Below, one piece after another: positions 16,801-28,000 of a stretch of DNA of 64,000 bases (the stretch's first letter is position 1; each line of letters starts with the position of its first letter). Position numbers and translations under genes: made by a program. Source of the DNA: Sphaerodactylus townsendi (taxonomy: Eukaryota). Location of the stretch: the NCBI RefSeq assembly GCF_021028975.2, contig NC_059436.1, positions 35,340,001 to 35,404,000 of the forward strand. The letters are read 5' to 3'. The notes under the pieces are model-generated. The model was not told the origin of the DNA. It saw nothing but the letters and a program-made list of their open reading frames with translations, and searched no databases.

Positions 16801-19800
16801 TGGCTATACAGTACCTGTAACTTTATTTAAATGAAATTTTGCTTACTTTAATTGATGTCTGTTACAGAAATCCTCTTTTTTTTTCCAGCTCAGAGTTTTG
16901 GTAAGTTTTAATTTTAAAAACCCTAACTCCCAACAAGCCCTTCCTGTTCCAGCTGCGACAGACTAAAATACAACCGCTACCGACTAAAAACAGAAAAGTA
17001 GAAAGATTTGTTACTCACTCCATTACTGATTTCATCGTTTTGTATGGAGGAGACTCTTTTGGCATCACATAAATGCGCTCTGATGGACGGCGTCTGCAAT
17101 CACAAACAGCTGGTCTAAGTGCCCTCCCATACTCAGCCTCTCGTGAGGTCACCACACAGGTGTCGAACACAACTGCTCAAAGAGGCTATTTAGTTGACTC
17201 CCGGACGATGGATGCCACAGATCCATTCCGCGAATGGTGGTATTTTCCTGCAGACCAGGGAGGCATCCCCGAGCACAACAGGCTCCCAGGTTGGGAAGGC
17301 CAGGAAGACCCCCTCAGGGAATCAATACAGCCTCTGGGGCCACGTAGATGCTTGACTCTGCTCTGTTATGAGGCTACTGTAAACTCTGCTCCCTGGTGCC
17401 ACCGAACCCAGAGAGAATGGAACTGCAAAAGGCTTCATTCCTAGATACATTCTGGTTCAGCACACAGACACACCCCTAACTGAGATCTTGGGAATCTGTC
17501 ACATTAACACAGGTTAGTTTCTAGATTTCATGGTTGTAAAGAAAGACTAGAAAGTGTGTGGGCAGTGCCTGTGGAAATCTCAGAAGTCAGAGCAGAAATT
17601 CAGCAGGTTCCCTGCAATTATGGTAACAATACAGCTCCACACCCTACATTCACTCTTGCCATCTCCCTGATGCTGGCAGGGGATGATGGGAACTGCAGCC
17701 CATAACATATGGAGGGCCGCGAGTTTGGCACCTATGCCTGGTGTGATCTGTTGAACAACATAAACAAACATGTGCACATCTATTCAAAGGGCATATTTTT
17801 TTCAGGAAGCTTTTCACAGTGCAAAATTCAGATTATTATTATTCTGAAATACAGAAATAAATTGCCCACCGCCAGACCTGCTGCGGCTGGTGGTTTGGCA
17901 TATGTCACTTACGGGACAGGCGGGACGGACTTTTTGGGAGCAAGTGATTCTTTTCTCTCTTTTTTTTCTTTTTTCTCTCTTTTCCTTGGAGACAAGACAA
18001 AGACAGCCGCTGTGACTACAGCTCTGGGGGAACGGGCTACAAAACCAACCAGGATTTTACTGCTCTGATATATCTCTGGGCCCCAGATTAACATGCTCAC
18101 TACTTTAAAAGGGCTCCTAAATTAAACAAAACAGGTGGGCATCTACAATAGAGCTACTAAAAAAAAGGTTTAGTAGTAGCTCAACTCACTCCCTGATCTG
18201 CCACCCCAGGAGAAGGGAGTTTACCTCATCCTGCATTGTTGCCACGTGCAGTAGCCACTGGTACCCAGTCCTAGGAGCACAAGCGAGATAGGAAGAGCCA
18301 GATCAGAGCACAGGTCCCTTTGTGCCTGCATCCTGTTTCCAGCATTGGCTAGCCAGATATCTCCAGAAGGCCACAAGTAGGGCATAAAGCAATAATCCTT
18401 CCCTTAAATCCTTCCCAATAGGCCATGCTGGCAGCAATCAGGGACTGCTGGGAATCGTACTCCATGAACATCCGGGGCGCCAGAGTTGGACACCCCTGCC
18501 TTAAAGTTATCCCATAGGTTAGTGGTTCTCAACCTGGGGGTTGCGACCCCTTTGGGGGTCGAATGACCCTTTCACAGGGGTTGCCTAAGACTCTCTGCAT
18601 AAGTGTTCTCCATCTGTAAAATGGATAAATGTTAGGGTTGGGGGTCACCACAACATGAGGAACTGTATTGAAGGGTCACGGCATTAGGAAGGTTGAGAAC
18701 CACTGCCATAAGTGATACTGTCAAGCTGCCTCTGAACACACACACGATCTTAGCCAAAAGGTCAAGAAGTGATTGCTGCCTTTGAACACAGGAGTTTCCC
18801 TTTGCCATCATGGCTAATAGCTGCTGGCAGACTTGTTTGATTTGGTCAACTCCGCTATTAAAGGCAGCTTACTGAAAATAAACCTGCAGACATCATAAGC
18901 AGCAGAAAGAGTTGTAGGGCCAACAGCTCAATGGTAGAGCTGATGCCTTGCATTAAGGAAGTTCCAGGTTGAACCCAGTTTTAAAAGTTCCTTGCGTAGC
19001 AGAACGTGGCTGCCAGAGATTTTGGGAAACTTCTGACAATAGCAGGGTGCTGGGGTAGGGGACGGACCAATAGCCTGATAAAGAGTTACATGTTCAAGGA
19101 GCACTAGCAAAAGGGAGAGGATAGTTAAGGGTCTCATCAAGAGCAGCAAGGAGTAAAAAACTTTTCCCGCTAAAGAACAGGAGCGTGAGCCATCACTGCA
19201 CTGGGGACCCACTCCAGGCAGCACAAGGGCCCTGATGTAACAAAACCCAGGGAAATGGGAAGCTTCTCTTCTTTGAAGCCTGCAAAGACTCACCAGTGTT
19301 TCTCTACCAAGCGCAGGATGATGATGGCTATGAGCAGCAGAACCAAGGTGGAAAAGAAACCTAAGACAGCCAGGGAGCTCACAATAGCCACCAGCGTACT
19401 CTTGCTCAACACCTCAGGGCAAACACATGTTGTCCGTGATGCTGCGACAGAAAGGGGAAGGGCGCGTATGAGAAACCATTCGCCCAGTCCAGAATTCCCA
19501 AAGCCTTTCCTTCTAACGTTGAAGCCAGCACAACTCTTCAAACTTTTTCTGTTCCCAATCTCCATATGATTCCCAGGCAACCCAGAGCATTCACTCCAAA
19601 TCAACTTGCTCTCCTCTGAGCAACTGAGGAGGGCACAGTATCTCATACATTTACGCCCCCAGAACCCTGCTCCCCTCCCCTCCACAGCCAAATGGCTGAT
19701 TTTGGAAAAGAGCGATGTCTTACCTGGTAGCAAGGCCTGCCGGTTCCCAACTAACATCGCTTCGGAATCTTCGGGGAACTATGGATGAGAGCATTGATTT

Positions 19801-22800
19801 AGTTCACTATGACATTGTGGCTCCATAGCAACACAGCTTGACAGAAGAGTTCAGTGGTCAAATTTGTGGCTGGCCAGTCCAAATGTTGGCATTATTTATT
19901 TGTTTAAAACATTTTAATGCCATCTTGACCCCAAGTCAGTGGTCAAAACGTTGAAACACATTTTAAAATGTCTATAAATAAAATGACAAAAAGAATTCAA
20001 CAAAACACAAAGATGTAGATGCACTTAAATAGGAAGGAGGGTCGATGAGAGAACACTAAACAAAGCACATTTTCAATCACTGGTGCAAGCCAAAGATAAA
20101 GGGGGACAAACACATCTCCCTGGTGAGGGAATTTCTCAGTTTCAGTGCCACTAATGAGAAGATTCTTTCTTGGGCTCATTCCGCACATGCAGAATAATGC
20201 ACTTTCAAACTGCTTTCAGTGCTCTTTGAAGCTGTGCGGAATAGCAAAATCCACTTGCAAACAGTTGTGAAAGTGGTTTGAAAACACATTATTTTGCGTG
20301 TGCGGAAGGGGCCTTGGATTACTACACATCTAAACTTAGATGGCAAGGACTGCAAAGATCACTGTAGTAGCTGGGTAGGTTCATATGGGAATAGGTGGTC
20401 TTTAAAGGATAGCAGTTGTAAGGACAGTTCTTTGTTTGCCCTCAGAGATCTGCTGCCAGGCAAATTCAACACACCTAGGCTGGAAGCACATTAGCACAAT
20501 GGTCTGATGAAAAACAAGGCTGCTAAATATTTCTGCCTGGGGGAGAATTCTTTTGTATTCTCTGTGTGTTCATGCAGCATTTTCAAGTGTTCCAAGCACA
20601 TCACATCAGTGGGACAGTATCATTATCCCTATATCAGGCTGCATTCACAGCAGAAGCAAAATTCAAATCCAGGGCTTTCTGCTGTGCCATTTAGTCTTTT
20701 GGTTTCTGCGCTACACAAGCTCGCAGTTTAAAATTTCTCCAGCCACAGTTATTCCTTATTTACCTTGAACTACCAATTGCCTCCGGACTCCTGCTCAGCC
20801 CATGCACAGTGGATTTAAAGTGACACTCAAACAGTATCATTTCCATACTCACCTTCCTTACCATCCTTACTGATCTATGGACAATATTTTTACTGTCTTT
20901 GAATTCATCTGAAAGGGTACTAATTGGGTGTCCTTTTGCTGATGGTTCTTGAGAATCAAAGCCATGCTCTTGCACTCTAGAGGTCTTGGCCCCATTCATA
21001 TTTGCTAGAAATCACAGACAGAAGATTCAGATTTGGTTAAGAGTCAACAGAGGGATAATCTGGTCCCTCCTATGGTTACTGGTTATAAACACTGAGCCAT
21101 CTGTATAAGACCTAAGACATAGGGCTCCCCATAACCTAGTGTTCTCACCAGTGCTTTTCAACACATATATAAAGCCACTTAATTAGATTGTCTGCAACTG
21201 TAGAGTTGGCGAGATGGCGAGAACGCACACTATGTAAGTTTTTTCTTACGCTTTCAAGGAGGGTAATGTTGGCCAGAAAAGCTGATGCTCTGGAGGTGAT
21301 CGACTTCACAGGTGGATCTAAGATTTGTCATCCGGTGGATCATGTAACTAGGAATTGTGTTGGAACTAACCTTACAGATAGAAAAATGGGTTGGGACTAT
21401 CTCTATTGGATTTAAAACCTGCCCTTTTTTCTAGACTTTGCTGATCTAGCTACAGCAGTTGGTTTCTGTGACCTCAAGGCCACTGCAACACATTATACAT
21501 GGGGCTGCCCTTGAAGATTAGTCATCTCTGATTTGGGATGATGCTACTTTTTTAAAAAGCAGATGTGGAGTCTACACATTTGACCCTTTCTTCACACAGT
21601 CATTTTTCCTAACTGTTATATGCCTTCTTAATGTTTGCAAGGAGGATGCAAACAATCTATTCCAAAGTGAGCAGTTTAGTTGTCCATATGGGGTCTAGGT
21701 TTAAAAGCCTCATCTGCAGCTATTTCACAATCCTACCTCTCACATAACCAGAAAAGGACAACCATCTTAGCTGCAGTTTTACCAGGCGTATTCAGTTGGA
21801 TATATTGCCCAATGCTTTTTACAATGTTCTGATGGTGTTTAACAATTAAATACGAATAATTTAGCATCAGGATCAAACTACCTGCTTGGTTAGAGAATTG
21901 TAGTTAGAACCCACCAGGTGACTCAGCTCCACCATTAAAAATATTGAGAATAACTAGTCTTTTTCTCAAATAAATTATGGGAAAGAAGCTTACTTGGGGC
22001 TCCATATCAATACCTTGATATTTCATTTGAGGTAGAGAAGCATGACATGGATTTATAGCCCTTTCCACTAGGATTCAAATAACCACTCAGCTACTTCTCA
22101 GAGTCCATGGGAGCAGGTAGTGGTAGTGTTCAGAGCTCTTTTTTTGAACTATTCATTTGTTTTATAGGCTGCCCTTTTCTGGTTAACTCAGGGAGGCTTA
22201 CAACAGCTACCATTACAATAAATAAATTCAATAAAACCATTAATAACAATCATATCTTGTCACCATTCCAAAATTTGAGGGATGACATATCATCCATATG
22301 CCATACCATCATCCATAGTCACATCAAAAGGGAGGGAAAGGGGATGGGGAGAAGAAAGGGAGGCCAGCTAGATGGATCCTGCCATAGTCTTAATCAGAGG
22401 CCTGGTAGGCTCTGCAAAGCTGGGATGGGTCCCACAGGGTCCTGATCTTACTTGACAGAGAATTCTACTAGACTGGTGCCACAGCCTTAAAGGCCCTGGT
22501 GTTGGTTGAGGACAGCCAGACAATTTTGGGCCAAAGATCATCAATATTTTGTTGTTTGCTGAACACAAGGCTCTTGGAGAAACATTCTGGGAGAGGTGGT
22601 CTTGCAGATATCTTACAAGCACACACACACACGGGCGCGCGTAGCAACCCAAGAGGCTTTCAAAAATACCAGCTGTGATAGGGCATTGGGAGGAGTGTTG
22701 CTATTCAAAACAAATGTAATCAAGAACGCCACTGGGCATAACCAAGCACCTGGATACACCTAAAACAGCTCTTTGGATCACTGAAATTATTCAATTATAT

Positions 22801-22876
22801 TAGTGAAAGGAGAGATCAGCACCTTAAAGATTAACAACCACAACAGGGCAACTTGTTTACATCTGGAGCAACACAT
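7802..22876 (-). CDS. Predicted multi-exon TMEM210-like single-pass type I membrane protein with a tyrosine-motif-rich cytoplasmic tail (about 267 aa on the minimal path)
   Basis: Phase-consistent GT-AG exon chain: 22823-22876 (MCCSRCKQVALLWLLIFK, signal-like; tentative), 21783-21828 (tentative), 20853-21004, 19724-19778, 19294-19441 (SRTTCVCPEVLSKSTLVAIVSSLAVLGFFSTLVLLLIAIIILRLVEKH), 17913-17984, 17019-17093, 15683-15733, 13562-13594, 9012-9095, 7802-7835 (NEEHFYEEIN-stop). Total 804 nt with no internal stop. Optional exons at 15147-15183, 13760-13804/13809/13818, 10756-10781 and 8534-8572. The CxC-TM segment resembles human TMEM210 as I recall it, and TMEM210 lies next to ANAPC2 in human. 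Confidence 0.65.
9999..10139. mobile_element. PIF/Harbinger-like MITE, about 140 bp
   Basis: TIR GGCCCCTTCCGCAC...GTGTGGAAGGGGCC with a 3-bp TSD TGA. Same family as the copies at 11420, 20173 and 63299. Confidence 0.8.
11420..11564. mobile_element. PIF/Harbinger-like MITE
   Basis: Same TIRs, 3-bp TSD AAA. Confidence 0.8.
13268..13308 (+). ncRNA. Minimal type I hammerhead ribozyme motif (Penelope-associated)
   Basis: CCT-CTGAAGA-C-GCC(13-nt loop)GGC-GAAA-C-GTC-AGG. Conserved CUGAnGA and GAAA core boxes, stem I CCT/AGG, stem II GCC/GGC, palindromic ACGT in place of stem III, and a GUC cleavage triplet ending at 13305. Confidence 0.7.
13343..13503. mobile_element. hAT-type MITE nested in the Penelope remnant
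   Basis: Perfect TIR CAGAGGCGTAGC/GCTACGCCTCTG. 8-bp TSD CTCCAGTG (13335-13342, 13504-13511). Confidence 0.85.
14089..14247. other. Assembly gap (159 N)
   Basis: Run of N. Confidence 1.
14464..14540. mobile_element. Tc1/mariner (Tc2-like) MITE end
   Basis: TA followed by CCATATATACTCATGTATAAGTCGAG, with the inverted copy CTCGACTTATACGAGT. Resembles CCGTATATACTCG-type termini. Confidence 0.5.
14584..15070. repeat. Tandem array of about 194-bp internally palindromic units, probably from a non-autonomous DNA transposon or Helitron-type element
   Basis: TATCATCAG recurs at 14631, 14826 and 15019. Each unit contains the inverted pair gtttggtt...aaagttatggaccc / gggtccataacttt...aaccaaa. Confidence 0.8.
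16591..16724. mobile_element. hAT-type MITE, same family as 13343
   Basis: TIR CAGAGGTGTAGT/ACTACGACTCTG with an 8-bp TSD CAAGCAAC. Confidence 0.8.
18520..18705. mobile_element. SPIN/URR1-type non-autonomous hAT transposon
   Basis: TIR (T)AGTGGTTCTCAACCT / AGGTTGAGAACCACTG. 8-bp TSD CCATAGGT/CCATAAGT. Internal segments gacccctttgggggtcgaatgaccctttcacagggg and ggggtcaccacaacatgaggaactgtatt match the URR1/SPIN MITE consensus as I recall it. Confidence 0.8.
18741..18773 (-). pseudogene. U2 snRNA 5' fragment (tailless retrocopy)
   Basis: Minus strand reads ATCACTTCTTGACCTTTTGGCTAAGATCGTGTG versus U2 ATCGCTTCTCGGCCTTTTGGCTAAGATCAAGTG. Flanked by a 16-bp duplication GCTGCCT(C/T)TGAACACA (18725-18740, 18775-18790). 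Confidence 0.8.
19294..19441 (-). CDS. Transmembrane-encoding exon of the TMEM210-like gene
   Basis: Strong acceptor (cccttcccctttctgtcgcag) and donor (CTG|gtgagt). 148 nt, phase 1 to phase 2. Encodes CxC followed by a hydrophobic stretch of about 26 aa. The next exon starts with a basic stop-transfer run, KREKKEKKERK. Confidence 0.8.
20173..20313. mobile_element. PIF/Harbinger-like MITE
   Basis: GGCTCATTCCGCAC...GTGCGGAAGGGGCC with a 3-bp TSD TTG. Confidence 0.8.
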
Positions 22877-25040
22877 TTGATGATCTTTTATGATTTTTTT
22901 CAGTATATTTCTTCCTGGCTCTTGACATCTACTGAAGAGGTCTTGTTTTTGTATTCTTGCATGAGGGTTAAGAACAGGGCCTCCTGACATGGCACCCATT
23001 TTGTGGACACTGTTGCTGGAGTATGAAGGTGAAAGGAGGTTCTCAGGATATTAAATTCTGCATCCAAAACCAGCCTTCTGTGATTACAATGGAATCATGG
23101 AATACCCACTGTTCAGTGCACTTCTATGGCCAGCGCACTGATTCTGCACAATGAATAACCAAAAGCCCCCCAGCCCTTGAAAGCTGTGTGTGTAGAAACA
23201 GACAACCCATAGCCATTTGCTAAAAAAACCAAAATCCTTACACAGTCTCAACAACTACTGAAAAAGGAACCACTAGCCAAACTACCAGAGCAGCACTCAC
23301 AGGAAGACGAGGCAATGACGCTTATGGAGAATACCAAGGCACCCAGACAAGCTAACAGCATAATTGGGATGTTAGACCAATTCCCACACCCACCAAAGAA
23401 TTCTGACTTAGAGGATGCTTGCAGGGCAGAGCTAGACAGAAGGCCTGTGTGGATTCTGGGTCTAACTGTGACAGCACAATAGCCTGGAATGTTTGCCAGC
23501 CAATAGGCTGAACTTGCCCCAAGCCTCTACCATCCCCTCCCCAGGTTTTCAGTACTAGGGTAGATTAGCATGTGCTCTTAAAAGCCTGTTGGTTTGCTAC
23601 ATGCAAAGATAAGGGGATACTGCAGCTACAGGAGAAACTGACTTTTTTCTTTTTGCTAGCTAGCCTAAAGAGAGAATTATAGTGACACCCAACATGCCCT
23701 ACAGCCAGTAGCAGGAGTCTGACCCCAATGAATCTTTGTTGGGAATACAACACATCCTTGCTGTGGCCCCAGTGGCAGAAACTGAGGCGGAAACAACTTT
23801 AAGGCACACTCCTTCCTTTAACAGAACTGTTAATCCAGTATTATCCTCACAACATTCCATCTCCCAATCACCATAGAACTATAGAAGTCCTGGCCAGCCT
23901 CACTTCAGCTAGAGGCTGGCTAATAGGTTTTCCTAACTGCACAGTATCTGAGGAAAGGCTCCTCACAGAAGCAGAATTTTTGCCCTGAGTTTTGCAGATC
24001 TGAAGCCCCCAAGGATTGAAGTTGGGCACTTATACACACAAAACACATACCTTACCTTTGAAGTCTGGTTCTGCTGAGTTCCTTGGCACAGACAGGTGGA
24101 GGCGGGACACTTCTTATGCTGTCCAAAAGTCTCCTCAGTAGTTAAACTATCTAGAAACATTTCCCCACAAGTATGAGGGCTAGAATCTTTTTTTCTTTTA
24201 AAATAAGCAAACATTCAAGGAAGTCAGATTTGATTTCAAGGGATGCAGCTGAAGCAACTCAAAAGCACAATCAAGTCTGTGAAAAGGGTGTATCTTAAAC
24301 AGGACTCCTGTTTTATTATGAATAGAACCTGTGAACAAGAGAAATCCACTTACACAACAGAAAACTGTCTTGCCGCAACAGGCTACCCAACTGTACAATA
24401 TTTTAGGAAGGACTGGCAGAGGTGAAGAGAATAATGCTGTCCTCAACTGGTCTATTTTCACCTCTCCAATGGAACAGATGGATCTGCTTCCCCCCTACCC
24501 CCCATACAACCACTGACTGCATACTTTGCTTTGTTGTTTGCTATGAGTGGTGGACTACTCCCAGCCACCCTGTTCCTGTAATATCACACACAAGAATCAA
24601 AATAATTACAGCAGCAGCAGAAATGGTGACAGCAGCAAAATATCCTGAGTCAGGTGACAAATTTGGAACAAGCAAGGTGAAGGCCAGGCTGGCCATCTGT
24701 CCAATACAACTGAGTAAGAAATTGCAACATAATCCATACAAGCGCAGCCATTTCCATTTTATTATGAACAAGGGAGATGGGTCAAAAGAGGGCTTTCTCC
24801 AAGTCCCAAACCCTGCCTTGCTTGGGAGGGATTTCACAGGGTCCTGCACAATCCCTGTATCAGTGCCCAGCAGATTTCTTTTCCAGCCTCACAGAATGGG
24901 GCAGTACAAAGGCCAGTGCCAGAAAAAAACAAAGCCTCTGATGACACCACACATAGATGAGAACCACACTGCACCCTCTGGGGATGGGAGGTCATTGCAG
25001 TCAACCATAATGCAAAAGGAACTGGAGTCTGGAATAATGC

Positions 25041-28000
25041 TCAGTTGCAGCTCTTGGGCAGACGGTAGACGCCGCCAGAGTAGATGAGCTGCTGGTCTCG
25101 CACCTTCTTCTGGAGGAAACCCTGTAGCTCCTGGATGTCAATCTCTGTCACCATGGGGCCTGTCATCACAAAGATCTTGAGCATGCTGTGGATGCGCTCC
25201 AGTGATAGACTCTCCAGATTGGTCAGCATCGCCTGGATGTACGTCCAGAAAAGCTGCAAAGGGCATCAAACGAGAAGTCAAAAAATACAGAAGCTGCAGG
25301 CTATTTGCAGAAGGCTTGTACAGTGCCCTCCCAGTTGGAAGCCTAGCTTCATTTATCAAAGATACAGTTTCACAACAAAACACACACTCAGATGCACTCA
25401 TTCAATCAGTACTGAAAACAGCTCAATTTTGGTTCAAATGAAACAATCTTAGAAAAGGAGACATCAGATTTAGAAATCTTAGAAACAATCTTAGAAAAAG
25501 AGACCCCAAAACCATGCTTTGGACAGGGGCCAGCTTCTGCACTATAAAAAACATTTGCAGCCAGAAAACTTGAGCACTTATTTTTGGAATATGCTACACA
25601 GAATACATCAGAAATAGGCAAGACATGAATATCTGATGCTTTGTTCATACTGAGAAATCTCACTTTGCTTGGCATGCAGCCAGAGGGTCAAATGAGCTCC
25701 AGAACCTATCTGCAGTTGATCCAAGTGAGAAATTATGCCCCCACCCCCCGCCAACAACTAGGGCTCTGAGAGGACAAGGGCAGCACCTGCAACTCCTCCT
25801 CTTTCTGGTCAGCTTGTGAGGCCATGGCTGAATCGCCTTCTTCATCGCTGTCAATCAGTACCACTTTCTCCGCCCGGTCCTTCTGCTCCTCTTCAATCAC
25901 AGTGAATGTGCCTGGAGGTTCTTCCCGCAGCACACCCTGCTGCAGCCACAGGGTCATCTTGCGCCGGAGGGATGTCACAGGCACCTTCAGCACCTCACTC
26001 AACTCGTCCAAAGTCCATGTGCCTGAAAAGGGTCAAAGGACACAAGGGTTACAAGGAAACAGCCAGAAGCCAGGTCAAGGAATGTGCTTGTAGGGGAAGA
26101 ATCAGGACAGTGCATAGTTTTGCATGAAAGAAGCATCTCAGCTAGCAGGACTGGGAAAGATAATCTAGGTGAGACCCTTGAGAGCAGCTGCCCGTCAGGG
26201 TGGCTATAGAATAAAGGACCGGACAGACCAAATGATCTGGCTCTGAAGAAAGCAATGGTTTATAAACAACTCACACTCTGTTTCACACTTTGTATGCCCT
26301 CTAAGCTTGGATCACCTGTTCTCCTCAAGACACCCCTCGCCCACTCAAAGCCCTTTTATAAACCACTAGAACAGTAGCCCCCACCCTTTTGGGCCCACAG
26401 GCACCTTTGAAATACTGAAATAGGACGATGGGAACAGCCCCAAAATGGTTGCCAAACCTACCATCAGTCACACCATGAATATTATTGTGCTGTAGTGGCA
26501 GCTGTTGCCTAAGCAACTTTTTAAAAACACTGCACAGCCAATCAAATCTCCAGTGGCCAATAAGAAGCCCTACTGGGCAAAAGCCCCACTTTCTAAAAAC
26601 ACTTGGTGGGCACCAGGAAAGGTGAGTGTAGGCACCATGACGTCACAGTCACCTCATTGTGGACCCTGGCACTACAGCCTCTTCCACGCTATACCATGGG
26701 TTACAAGTGAATTCACTGCTGTGCAAAAACAGCTGCAACCCCTTCCTCCCAGCAGAGGGCAGCGGTGTATCGACATTGTGGAACTCACTCTTGTTTTGGA
26801 AGTACAAGATGATCGCTGCATGCACAGGTGAGACGGAGAGGGAAAGGGTGCGGTCCGCCAACTCCACATCCAGTTTCACTAAGCCCAGATGGTGCTTCCA
26901 GTTCAGTGTCCTCATGGCCTAAGAACAAATCAGGCAGAAAGGAATGCTCAGAAACCTGCCCCGCACATTTCGTCAACAGAAGAAAGACAGAGAAAAAGAA
27001 AAGGCAACAGCCAGAAAAAGCACCTGATCCCTGCCCCCTTCCTGGTGTAACACAGTCACTGGCTCCCTAGTGCTTATTTGCTTTAATCTGGAGCAATACA
27101 ACACTTCCGCATGCATGTGCAATTACCATTTGGAAATACGATGCCAGGAAACTGAGGGCTGGAAGTTACTCAAGTAGCACTGTTAGATGCAGGCAGCGTA
27201 AAGGGAAGAGGAATAGCTGGAAAAGCTGTGGTTACAACATGTCCTGAAGGCTGCCTGTCAATCTCCTGTTACATCATCTTGGTTTTCCTTCAAAGAGCTC
27301 AGGACAGTGGACATAATACTCCTCTTACCCTGCTCTTACGAGAAGCCTGCAAGGTGGGTTTGATTGAGAAGGGGCAAGTGGGCCCAAGGTCATCCAGCGA
27401 GCCTTAAGGCTGAGCAAGGAATAGGAACCTATATCTCCTCAGTCACTCTGACAGCTATACCAAGCCAGCTCTTATCAATGCACTGTCTACCAATGGTCAG
27501 GGATCTAAAGCAAAGCAGGGACATGTCAATCTTCATTAGATCATCAGGACAGCAATGGAAAGACCCAACTCAACTTGTCAAGGGGCCTGGCTATTGAATT
27601 AAGAACCTTCACTCAAAAAGGAGCAGCAGTGGCGAATTGGTTGAGAGCAAGTGCATTCTAATCTGAAGGAACCGGCTTTGATTCCCCGCTCTGTCGCTTG
27701 AGCTGTGGAGGCTTATCTGGGGAATTCAGATTAGCCTGTGCACTCCCACACACACCAGCTGGGTGACCTTGGGCTAGTCACAGTTCTTCGGAGCTCTCTC
27801 AGTCCCACCCACCTCATGGGGTGTTTGTTGGGGGGGGGGGAGAGCAAGGAGATTGTAAGCCCCTTTAAGTCTCCTACAGGAGAGAAAGGGGGGATATAAA
27901 TCCAAACTCTTTTTCTTCTTCTTCTTCCTATTGTTGTACAGTTGTCTATGCCAATAAAGGCTTGCTGCTGCTTCTTCTTCTTTTTCAACCCTCGCCAATT

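Noticed and set aside
21250-21317. Possible ectodomain exon DPPVKSITSRASAFLANITLLES
   Set aside because: Weak polypyrimidine tract. Its phase (1 to 0) is incompatible with the following 20853-21004 exon unless the two are mutually exclusive. Left out of the model.
24422-25087. 221-aa plus-strand ORF antisense to the ANAPC2 3' UTR
   Set aside because: Non-ATG start, no domain-like composition and no splice support.
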